From IMG/VR virus record IMGVR_UViG_3300020498_000003: a stretch of DNA of 64,000 nucleotides. One strand, 5' to 3'. A program made the translations under genes and the position numbers. The notes beneath the pieces were generated by a model. That model did not search any database and had not been told where the DNA came from. It was given only the letters and a program-made list of their open reading frames with translations. How positions within the stretch are numbered: position 1 is the first letter of the stretch; each line of letters begins with the position of its first letter. Positions 45,128 to 53,753 of the stretch are shown piece after piece. This DNA is from a virus. Taxonomy: Duplodnaviria; Heunggongvirae; Uroviricota; Caudoviricetes.

Positions 45128-45994
45128 TTAAATTAAATATCTAATAATAATTATACCACTTCCACCAAGTCCACCAGATCTAGTATGATCGGCAGTTCCT
45201 CCACCACCTCCACCAGTATTTGGAGATCCATTTGCACCATTTGTTCCAGAACCATGTGGACCTATGCCGCCATTCCCACCGCCGCCAATACCACCAGTAT
45301 TCCCTCCCGTATATCTTTCATACCCAGGATATGTTCCAGCAGCACCACCACCTGCATAGTACATATTTGTTCCAGAAATAGAACTTAATCTTCCTGCTCC
45401 ACCATCATTAAAATTAGTTGAAGTTGGTGATCCAGCTGCACCACCTCCACCTCCACCATAATTGACTGTACCATTATTATTTGCTCCAGCAAATCCTTGA
45501 CCAGCAGTAGCCTGTCCACCTATTCTACCATCACTCCAGTTTTGTGCTCCTCCGCCAGATCCGCCAGAAGTTCCATTTGCACTATAGTTTCCCCCTCCAC
45601 CACCTCCAACTGCAGTAAAAGTCAAAAAACTACTACTGGAGCCATTTCCACCTGCTCCTCCTGGACTACTATTAGTACCAGCAGTAGGTATTCCACCTCC
45701 ACCAACAACAACATTATATGTTCCAGGAGTAATTAATATACTTCCTGTTATAACTCCTCCTCCACCACCACCACCGCCGTGGTGGCGACCACCTGCTCCT
45801 CCGCCTCCGACAATAAGATATTCTATCTGAGAATCTCCAGATGATATAATAAATTGAGAAGTGCCAACAGTAGTAAATGTATGTATTTTGTACTGAGATG
45901 CAAAAGTAATACTACCTCCAGTAGCTTGCATAGGTCCTTTGGATATTCTACCAAAAGATCTCAATCCATTAAATGTAGAAAATAAAGGACTCAT
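45128..45994 (-). CDS. glycine-rich structural protein (Gly_rich/PF12810-like poly-G blocks; tail-fibre associated)
   Basis: EYLIVGGGGAGG...GGGGGGGG blocks (not Gly-X-Y). Paralogous Gly-rich region in 51020..52222. Confidence 0.55.
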   Translation of the reverse strand: MSPLFSTFNGLRSFGRISKGPMQATGGSITFASQYKIHTFTTVGTSQFIISSGDSQIEYLIVGGGGAGGRHHGGGGGGGGVITGSILITPGTYNVVVGGGGIPTAGTNSSPGGAGGNGSSSSFLTFTAVGGGGGGNYSANGTSGGSGGGAQNWSDGRIGGQATAGQGFAGANNNGTVNYGGGGGGAAGSPTSTNFNDGGAGRLSSISGTNMYYAGGGAAGTYPGYERYTGGNTGGIGGGGNGGIGPHGSGTNGANGSPNTGGGGGGTADHTRSGGLGGSGIIIIRYLI

Positions 45995-45995
45995 A

Positions 45996-46502
45996 TTAAT
46001 TAAAATCCGACTTAGTACCGTATACTACCCAACTTGGAGTTGTGGTTGAACTTATATTAATAATGCTAAATGTGTAAATATCAGTTCTACTTGTTCCTGG
46101 AGTTGGTGCTGTTCCTCCAGACCATCTTATGGTAGTAGAAGAACCATTAACATTTATACTATTTCCAAATCCATATCCAGTTCCACCCTGAACAACAATC
46201 AAACTGACTGCAAATGCTCGTAGAGGTGTGGTTGGAACATTAGTAAATGATGCAGTAATTGTTCCAGCAACTGATGGATGATAGAAAACTGTAGTTGTAC
46301 TTAAACTGTAAGTTTGTGCTCCAGAAGTAGATGCAGGTCTTACTTCTAGAATTTCAGTAGCAGTTCCAAATGTCAAAAATTGAGGGATAGTGACATTCCC
46401 AGAAGAATCGTAACTAAGGAATGTCGTTGACCCATCTGCATTTGTAATTGCACCAGATGGTGAACCACTTAGTCTAATATTAGTAATGGATAAGCTACTC
46501 AT
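45996..46502 (-). CDS. hypothetical structural protein (168 aa; S/T-rich)
   Basis: Minus ORF inside the fibre module. Confidence 0.5.
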   Translation of the reverse strand: MSSLSITNIRLSGSPSGAITNADGSTTFLSYDSSGNVTIPQFLTFGTATEILEVRPASTSGAQTYSLSTTTVFYHPSVAGTITASFTNVPTTPLRAFAVSLIVVQGGTGYGFGNSINVNGSSTTIRWSGGTAPTPGTSRTDIYTFSIINISSTTTPSWVVYGTKSDFN

Positions 46503-46512
46503 CTTTTACCTG

Positions 46513-48231
46513 CTATTTGTTTTTTGATATGACCAAAATATACAATCCATTCCACCATAGAGATGAATCCTCAATTTGATGAAGAATCTTCTTCTCAAAT
46601 AATACTTCTAGATTATTTATATCAATAAAGTCGTTTGTTGATATAACGGCATCATCCATATTTGCATCATCAATTACAAGAATAAAAGTATCTTGTAGAT
46701 GAGGAAGAATGGTATTTAATGATTCTAGTTGTTCCTGATGAGAATGCTCACCATCATAAAATACAACATTTGGTGAGTATAACGGATGAAAATCCTCAGA
46801 TGTCAAATCCTTACAATGTTTTTGTATGAATTTTACTGAGTTTTGACCCATATACTTACTTGAATTGTCAATAAAATCTTGTAAAGGATCTTCAGACTGA
46901 ATCCACTCAATATCATCACGATATGGTCGAATATCTGGTAATTCATAATGATCTACTGCATATGCTTTTGCACTATTGTTTTGTAGTGCAGCAAAGAATG
47001 TAGACCCATTATAAACACCAACTTCTAGATAAACTGGATTATATACTTGACAGAGATTGTTTAGAAGATGTCTAACTCTATCGGATGACAATCCAACAAT
47101 ATCATATGTGATCGAATCAAAATTAGATACATTCTGTGAGGACTTATCTATTGACTTGATAACATGAGAGACATAAGGATGGATTTGTCTGTGCTGCTTT
47201 CTCAATCTAGATTCAACAACAGATTCGCAGTAATTACATTTCCAGCAGTCAAACTTACATGTTTTAATCTTATCTCTCCAAATATCAATTGGTCGATCTT
47301 GGAGGGAAACATCTTCAATGTAGGAATTAAATGTAGGGAATAACAATTCTTCATTATCTGCCCATCTCTTAATAATATCCATAGACTCTGAAAGACGCAT
47401 AGCAGACTCTCTACCGTGCATCTTGAATACATCTATACCAAGATCTATAAACTCTTCCCAATCGGTCTTCCAGGGCGGTAGATTGGCAGCTTTGAGTGAG
47501 GCAGAAGTGTCTTCATGCTCCCATCTAGAGCAAGAAATCCTACTGATTGCATCACCAAAGAACTCAACATGATTTTCATCACGATTACTGTTATATTGAT
47601 AATGTTCTGGCATGATTGGACAACCACCCCAGCAGTTTTCATTTGCTAGTAGAGAGATCTTAACTGGTTTTCCAATCGAAGCACAGTATTCTTTTGCTTC
47701 TTTGATTGCAACTAATTGATCCCTATCGCGCATTAGATCACGATCAAGATTAATATAATTAAATCCTGCCTTTGCTAGAGAGACAATTTCATTTGCCTGA
47801 CGAACCTCACGCAGAATAGTATTCTTAATATACAACTCAGGAAAAGCATTCTGGATTTGACCAGTCATAACCCAAGAGGTATGAGGAATGGTCGCAATCT
47901 TAACTCCAGCATTATACACTGGTTTATAGTTTTCAATGAAAATATCTAAATTTTCTTGAGTAGGAGGAACATGTATATTATTGAATGTTGCAGATAACGG
48001 AATTCCAGTCTGTTGAGAAATGTACAGAGAATTACCTGTAAGTTGCTGCGGATTGGAAAAAATATCCCCCATAGCATCTTGCATGAATGGGGGCATTCTA
48101 CAGGTGAAATATAAGTCAAAGATATAATCTTTGTACTCTAACAAGAATGGAATTAAAACTTCATTTACTGTCTTCTCATCAAGTTTCGGATTTATTGGAA
48201 GACTGAATACTCTTGAATTCATTAATATCAC
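46513..48231 (-). CDS. two-domain enzyme: N-terminal unidentified domain + C-terminal class-I SAM-dependent methyltransferase (Methyltransf_24 / TylF-CmcI-like)
   Basis: C-terminal half has LEVGVYNGSTFFA (motif I) and FYDGEHSHQEQLESL (the DGxHSYE motif of Methyltransf_24). N-terminal half has CWGGC and EFFGDAISRISCS. Confidence 0.55.
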   Translation of the reverse strand: MILMNSRVFSLPINPKLDEKTVNEVLIPFLLEYKDYIFDLYFTCRMPPFMQDAMGDIFSNPQQLTGNSLYISQQTGIPLSATFNNIHVPPTQENLDIFIENYKPVYNAGVKIATIPHTSWVMTGQIQNAFPELYIKNTILREVRQANEIVSLAKAGFNYINLDRDLMRDRDQLVAIKEAKEYCASIGKPVKISLLANENCWGGCPIMPEHYQYNSNRDENHVEFFGDAISRISCSRWEHEDTSASLKAANLPPWKTDWEEFIDLGIDVFKMHGRESAMRLSESMDIIKRWADNEELLFPTFNSYIEDVSLQDRPIDIWRDKIKTCKFDCWKCNYCESVVESRLRKQHRQIHPYVSHVIKSIDKSSQNVSNFDSITYDIVGLSSDRVRHLLNNLCQVYNPVYLEVGVYNGSTFFAALQNNSAKAYAVDHYELPDIRPYRDDIEWIQSEDPLQDFIDNSSKYMGQNSVKFIQKHCKDLTSEDFHPLYSPNVVFYDGEHSHQEQLESLNTILPHLQDTFILVIDDANMDDAVISTNDFIDINNLEVLFEKKILHQIEDSSLWWNGLYILVISKNK

Positions 48232-48940
48232 CTTTTAGTTTATTAAGTAGTGGAACCTCTAGATTGTCTTCGATTCCATGGAATGTTGGAAGTGCTGTTG
48301 TTGGATTCTTTTCTAGTTCCTTTAGATAAGGAAGTAGATTACTATGAATCTTAGAAATACCAACATTTAATAATCCAGAATATTGAACAGCAACTTGAAG
48401 AGTTGCAATCTGGTCTTCCTCCTTTAGCATAGAAATAGAGTCCATATTTCCAACTCCAATTCTACCATGAGCAACAATATCTAGTGCTGCTTGCTTACCC
48501 AATCTAGCAACCCAATAAGTTCTTTCTTCATCATGATCAAACTCAAGATGTTTCTCAAGTTCTTCTTCAGTCATGTCTAAACTCTGAAGATATTCAACAA
48601 AAACATCTAATTCACTAATAAGTGCTGCTGATTTTCTTTTCCAAGTACTATTATCTAGTTTTCTATCCTCAAGATCCAACATTAAAGACTCTTTTTGGAA
48701 TGGATCTTCGCAGTTTTCAATCTCATGTTCTAATTTTCTAATCTCCAATAGAGTTCTTTTATGTTGAACTACAAGTTTATCGAAGTTGTGAAATCTATTC
48801 TCACATTCTAATAGAGCTTGCTTAATCTTACGACTTTTAGTTACATGGGAATTTACAACAAAATCATTAATTTGTTCGGGCGACATTCCAATCGACCATT
48901 TTTGTGATATCTCTTTAATTTGTTCTCTCGATAAAGTCAT
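48179..48940 (-). CDS. hypothetical protein (253 aa; coiled-coil rich)
   Basis: Minus ORF in the structural module. Confidence 0.5.
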   Translation of the reverse strand: MTLSREQIKEISQKWSIGMSPEQINDFVVNSHVTKSRKIKQALLECENRFHNFDKLVVQHKRTLLEIRKLEHEIENCEDPFQKESLMLDLEDRKLDNSTWKRKSAALISELDVFVEYLQSLDMTEEELEKHLEFDHDEERTYWVARLGKQAALDIVAHGRIGVGNMDSISMLKEEDQIATLQVAVQYSGLLNVGISKIHSNLLPYLKELEKNPTTALPTFHGIEDNLEVPLLNKLKGDINEFKSIQSSNKSET

Positions 48941-48955
48941 GATTTACTCCACTTA

Positions 48956-49705
48956 TTAAAATTTTAGTCCAGGTTTTACTCCTAATCGTTGAATAGAACC
49001 ATCTTCTAGTTTTATATATCTTCCTTCTTCCTTAGCCTGTTCATTGTGCATAGGAAGACCCATATAATCCTCAAAGAGGACATTTAATTCTTTTATCGTT
49101 TCGCAGGAATAGAATTTTTGTTTTAATTTCTGAGATCTGATATAAAGATCTTTGACAGAGTTTTCGTACTTAGTCTTACTATCAAACAAGGAATCTACAA
49201 AATTAGGATTTTGTTTAATTTCAGATAGTGTATCACAGAACTCATCATCTGTCAACTGTAGTTGCCAAGATGCTCTCTCCAAATCAGTAGTTAGTGCAAT
49301 CAATTGCTTATACTTTAGATTGAATTCATGTTCAATTACCAATTTTGCAACTAACTTCATTGTTTTCACAACACAGTCATATCGCTTTTCAGTCATTGGA
49401 ATTTTGATCTTTGCATCGAATCTTTCCTTATAACTTTCAACATTTAATGAATCATCATATTCCAATTGAAGATCTATCTCATCTGAAGAAACTTTGATTT
49501 CTGATCTTGGATCACCAAAAGACCTAAATCCAAATACTGCAGTTTCCATATCAATTTCATAATAAAAAGATGAAACTTCTTTTAGAACATCTAGTTCACT
49601 TTCATCAATCGAGAATGAAATCCACCCTAGGATAGTTCCATAGGGAACATAGGTAGATAATCTGTTTAATGCTTGTAAATCGTTAGTTAAAAAATACTTT
49701 TTCAT
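48956..49705 (-). CDS. hypothetical protein (249 aa)
   Basis: Minus ORF. Confidence 0.5.
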   Translation of the reverse strand: MKKYFLTNDLQALNRLSTYVPYGTILGWISFSIDESELDVLKEVSSFYYEIDMETAVFGFRSFGDPRSEIKVSSDEIDLQLEYDDSLNVESYKERFDAKIKIPMTEKRYDCVVKTMKLVAKLVIEHEFNLKYKQLIALTTDLERASWQLQLTDDEFCDTLSEIKQNPNFVDSLFDSKTKYENSVKDLYIRSQKLKQKFYSCETIKELNVLFEDYMGLPMHNEQAKEEGRYIKLEDGSIQRLGVKPGLKF

Positions 49706-49707
49706 TT

Positions 49708-50988
49708 TTATACTCCAGTGTAACCAGATTCTACAGTTCCAAACTCAGTTCCAGCAGCAGATGCTCTACCACCATGTCCTGATGCATTTACACTACTATT
49801 AAACGAAAATACATGAGTCGTATAATCTATAATGCCACCTTGATTATTCTGTGCTCCATTATACATTCCGACCATATATCCAGCAGTATTTCCAGTATGG
49901 AAAGATTCTTCTCCAGTTACACCTGGTTTTCCAACTGATTGTATTTCTACTCCAGTATCAAAGTTTCTTCTTGACATCGCAGCAGAAGTTGAATATCCAC
50001 CACCAGTATTCCAATACATATCTCCACTTCTTCCACAAAGAGTTTTATTTGTTCCATCTGTACCTGGAGGACTTGTCCAAGTTGAATATACTTCAGTTGC
50101 AAAATCATATCTATATCCATTTGATTTTTTAGTCCATCCATAAGTTGGTCCTTGACCACCAGCAGGATTATCTGGACCACCTTCAGGATTACCATTAGGA
50201 ACTAGAGCACTTGTTTCATTGGTTAAGTTATATCTATCTGGTCTAGCATCACCTGCACCATACACATATGCGAATCTAAAATCTCTCTTCATTAGAGTAA
50301 CTCTATTTCTTGCAGAAGTTACAGAAGTAGTTCCAGCATTTGTGTTTGTATTCATGTTCATCTTTGATACTGTCGCAGAAGTACCATCCCACGCATTAGA
50401 TGTAGTAAATACATAGGCTATCATGCTTAAACTTTGAGCACCCGCACAATAAGCATCAGAAAAAGATAAAACATCTGAAATGAAAGCTTGACTGAGAGTA
50501 GCATGTGTTAATGCATTTGCACTTCTCCATGATGTGGAGTTTTGATAACCACACATAGAATAACCTCTGGTTATATTAAATGCGGTTCTAAACTGTGCTG
50601 CTGGATCTAGGAACCAATAAGCAGTAGTACCATTAGATCTTAAATATGCACCAGCAGTGGCAGAACTTTGTGCTGGTAGAGAAATTGGAGCATTTTGCCA
50701 TGACATTCCTCCAGTACCATCAGCAGTCAATAATTGACCAGATGCACCAGTGCCATTAGATGCAGAGATACCACCAGTCATAGTAATAGAACCAGTAAAT
50801 CTGGCACTACCAACAACATCCAATGCACGATCTGGATTTGTTTTGCCAATACCAATTCTATTGTTGGCAACATCAATATAAAGAGTTCCAGAATCAAAAC
50901 TAAAGTTACCAGCAGATTCTATGGTCAGATCAGGACCAGTATCTGATATATTAGTACCTTTGATTTTGTCAACTTTTAACTGTGACAT
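49708..50988 (-). CDS. tail fibre-like protein (426 aa; G/S/T/N-rich)
   Basis: Composition and position fit a fibre. An ATAAATA late motif lies ~25 nt upstream. Confidence 0.55.
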   Translation of the reverse strand: MSQLKVDKIKGTNISDTGPDLTIESAGNFSFDSGTLYIDVANNRIGIGKTNPDRALDVVGSARFTGSITMTGGISASNGTGASGQLLTADGTGGMSWQNAPISLPAQSSATAGAYLRSNGTTAYWFLDPAAQFRTAFNITRGYSMCGYQNSTSWRSANALTHATLSQAFISDVLSFSDAYCAGAQSLSMIAYVFTTSNAWDGTSATVSKMNMNTNTNAGTTSVTSARNRVTLMKRDFRFAYVYGAGDARPDRYNLTNETSALVPNGNPEGGPDNPAGGQGPTYGWTKKSNGYRYDFATEVYSTWTSPPGTDGTNKTLCGRSGDMYWNTGGGYSTSAAMSRRNFDTGVEIQSVGKPGVTGEESFHTGNTAGYMVGMYNGAQNNQGGIIDYTTHVFSFNSSVNASGHGGRASAAGTEFGTVESGYTGV

Positions 50989-51019
50989 TTTTAGTATTCT
51001 CTTTTCCTATAGTTATTTA

Positions 51020-52222
51020 TTATGGAACTGGTATTGAAATATTTGTTCCGCTATATGAATATGGAGTAGATACTCCATTTCTAATTACAATAGCATATCC
51101 ATTTCTTCCAGTACCACTAACATCTCCACCATAAGCTATGCTACTACCAGGATATTGAGAAACACCAAGTCCAGCGGGAACCTTAAAGTTTCCTTGAACA
51201 TTCAATCCATTTCTTACATATGTACCATTAACAAATCCAGATCCACCTCCTCCACCACCCATGGTATTTGATTCGGAATAACCACCTGCAGATCCACCCC
51301 AATATCCACCACCGCCAGCACCACCATATCCATTAACTCTACAAGTACCACCAAAAAGAGCTCCTGGTGGGAAATTAGTATTGTCAGCATCACTAGATGC
51401 AGTAGAACCAGCAGAACCTTGAGTTCCACCCCTACCTCTATAACCAGTTTTTCCATCATATGGTGAGTTTCCATCTTGACCAGTTGTTCCTCCACCTGCT
51501 CCACCATAGTTTCCTGTTCCAGCGCGAGAGGATCCGCCACCGCCACCTCCACCAGCTAAAAGAACACAATTACCTTGAGTTACACTATTCAAGAAAACTC
51601 CGCTGTATCCACCACCATTAGATCCATATCTATTATCACCACCAGTTCTATTTGCTGCTCCACCACCGCCAAATCCTAAAGAACTTCCATTTACTACTCC
51701 ACCTTGCCCAACTTGAAGTATTAAGGTGGAACCTGATGGAACTCCTCTTATTTCACCATAAGCATATCCTCCTCCACCACCTTCTGAACCAAAACTCCAT
51801 CCACCTGGAGTTCCACCTCCGCCTCCTGCTCCCCAGAGATGAATAATAAATTGAGATAATCCTCCACCAAGAACAACCCATCCCTGACTTAATGTATATA
51901 TTTCTACTCCCTCATCGGTATTATATCCCATTATACCATTAACTAAATTAGTTGTTGGTCTAGTCGCAGTTGTCCATGTGGGAAGATTTACTCGTCCACT
52001 AGATGTAACAACAGAAGCTTGTATATTTCCAGTAGTTGTGATATTTCCACCAAGAGTTAAGTTTCCAGATGAGTCTGGTGTCCATATACTCACACCACTG
52101 GTATTTTGTATTGTATTTGCTCTTAAAATACCAGAAATAATTAACTTATGTGTGGATGGAACAGTAACCTCAAAATTGGTTTGAGATATTCCCTGAAGTT
52201 TTGCGACTCTTAATACACTCAT
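51020..52222 (-). CDS. tail fibre protein: conserved N-terminal attachment domain + Gly-rich (PF12810-like) C-terminal domain
   Basis: N-terminal ...LTLGGNITTTGNIQASVVTSSGRVNLPTWTTATRPTTNLVNGIMGYNTDEGVEIY is paralogous to 52249..53307. C-terminal GGGGGYWGGSAGGY blocks. Confidence 0.6.
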   Translation of the reverse strand: MSVLRVAKLQGISQTNFEVTVPSTHKLIISGILRANTIQNTSGVSIWTPDSSGNLTLGGNITTTGNIQASVVTSSGRVNLPTWTTATRPTTNLVNGIMGYNTDEGVEIYTLSQGWVVLGGGLSQFIIHLWGAGGGGGTPGGWSFGSEGGGGGYAYGEIRGVPSGSTLILQVGQGGVVNGSSLGFGGGGAANRTGGDNRYGSNGGGYSGVFLNSVTQGNCVLLAGGGGGGGSSRAGTGNYGGAGGGTTGQDGNSPYDGKTGYRGRGGTQGSAGSTASSDADNTNFPPGALFGGTCRVNGYGGAGGGGYWGGSAGGYSESNTMGGGGGGSGFVNGTYVRNGLNVQGNFKVPAGLGVSQYPGSSIAYGGDVSGTGRNGYAIVIRNGVSTPYSYSGTNISIPVP

Positions 52223-52248
52223 GGTTAAAATACCTTATATTTTATTTA

Positions 52249-53307
52249 TTATAACAAACTTGATAATTGAGCATAACATAAATCACACTCAGAATCAGAC
52301 AATCTTCTATTGTATGCGGCAAAGAATTTAATATCTCCCCAACCTTGAGATGCATCACCAACATTAGTGTTTCCATTATGGTAAGCACCTATGGATCCAA
52401 AACCTCTATTGTATCTAGCATTACTATTAGTAATAGTTCCTACAGTAGATCCATTAACATACATGGAGTATGTTGGGTTATCATTATTAGTCCACCTCCA
52501 AATCATAACCATAAAGGAATTGGAAGCATACCCAGGTAAAGACTGTTGGGAATATCCAGTAGATATAAATCCAGCACTATCATTATCATAGATACCAATT
52601 GCCCATCCACCATCTTGCCCCATAACATGGTGATCATTCACATAAGAACGAGTCAAAGTTCTCCAGTTAGAAGTGCTATTTCGCATTCTAGTGACTGTAA
52701 CATAAGTAACATCTCCAGATAATGAGATATCTGATGAATTTTTAGCACAACCAAATGACCCATTAAAATCAAAATACTTACCGCCAGTATTAAAAGCACT
52801 AGCGTTTACATTAAAATTATTATTAATACCACTGGTATCATACCATATTGCGCCAGAACCAGGATATGATGCAGTATCTGTAGCATCAAGTCTTAATATT
52901 AAACCATTAGTTGGTATTTGTTTTGTCTGCGTGCTAGTAGTAGATTGCTGAACATCAATCCATCCAGCAGCAGTACTATATGCTTCTACCTTTACTCTCT
53001 CAGTATTAAGACCCATCAACCCATTAACTAAGTTAGTCGTTGGTCTAGTAGAAGTTGTCCAAGTAGGCAATATAAATCTTCCAGATGCAGCGACATTAAC
53101 TGCCGAAATTTGTCCAGTCGTAGTAATACTACCAGCAAAAGTTATAGTATTTCCAGTTGAACTTACTATGGTAAGACCAGAAGTATTTTGTATGGTATTT
53201 ACTCTCAAAATACCATCGACTATTAATTTAGTGTCACTCGCAAGTTCTATTTCATTTGATGGGAAAAGACCTTGTAGTTGTCCAACAGATAATGATTTAG
53301 AAGTCAT
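52249..53307 (-). CDS. tail fibre protein: conserved N-terminal attachment domain + ConA/LamG-like lectin C-terminal domain
   Basis: Shares ~110 N-terminal residues with 51020..52222. C-terminal FDFNGSF...WTNND pattern resembles a concanavalin-like jelly roll. Confidence 0.55.
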   Translation of the reverse strand: MTSKSLSVGQLQGLFPSNEIELASDTKLIVDGILRVNTIQNTSGLTIVSSTGNTITFAGSITTTGQISAVNVAASGRFILPTWTTSTRPTTNLVNGLMGLNTERVKVEAYSTAAGWIDVQQSTTSTQTKQIPTNGLILRLDATDTASYPGSGAIWYDTSGINNNFNVNASAFNTGGKYFDFNGSFGCAKNSSDISLSGDVTYVTVTRMRNSTSNWRTLTRSYVNDHHVMGQDGGWAIGIYDNDSAGFISTGYSQQSLPGYASNSFMVMIWRWTNNDNPTYSMYVNGSTVGTITNSNARYNRGFGSIGAYHNGNTNVGDASQGWGDIKFFAAYNRRLSDSECDLCYAQLSSLL

Positions 53308-53723
53308 ACTATGCTCCAGCTACCTCCAGTATCAACAGTTACTGTATAACCATTTGCAATAGTTATTGGTCCAGCTGACATTCCATTTGCATACTGAACT
53401 CCTTGTGATGGTCCAATAGTAATATTTTCAGTTACACTATTTCTATTAGTTCTAATTAAAGAATCCAATCCTTTTGCTGGACCGCCGCCGCCAATTTGAC
53501 CCCATCCATCAGTTCCCTGACCGTCAGAATCAGACTTATAAACTTCAACATTATCAATTGTCGTATTGAATCTGATAGTACCATAAGAAACACCAGCTGG
53601 TCTCTGAAATGAGGTTCCAACTGGCAATTGCAAAACACTATTAGCATTCAAGAATGACAACTGACTTATCAATGCTTGTGTTGATGTGCTTATTTGATTG
53701 CCATTAATTTGGGTTAATGCCAT
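53304..53723 (-). CDS. small fibre/structural protein (139 aa)
   Basis: ATAAATA late motif ~30 nt upstream and an AGGAG RBS. G/T/S-rich. Confidence 0.5.
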   Translation of the reverse strand: MALTQINGNQISTSTQALISQLSFLNANSVLQLPVGTSFQRPAGVSYGTIRFNTTIDNVEVYKSDSDGQGTDGWGQIGGGGPAKGLDSLIRTNRNSVTENITIGPSQGVQYANGMSAGPITIANGYTVTVDTGGSWSIV

Positions 53724-53753
53724 AGGTTTTAACCTCTACTCCTTTAGTATTTA

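Noticed and set aside
46513-47500. Peptidase U32 assignment for the N-terminal half of the methyltransferase fusion
   Set aside because: The remembered U32 signature E-x-F-x2-G-[SA]-[LIVM]-C-x4-G-x-C is not matched (EFFGDAISRISCS). Left unassigned.
45128-52222. Collagen-like triple-helix repeats
   Set aside because: The glycine runs are GGxGG blocks with no Gly-X-Y periodicity.
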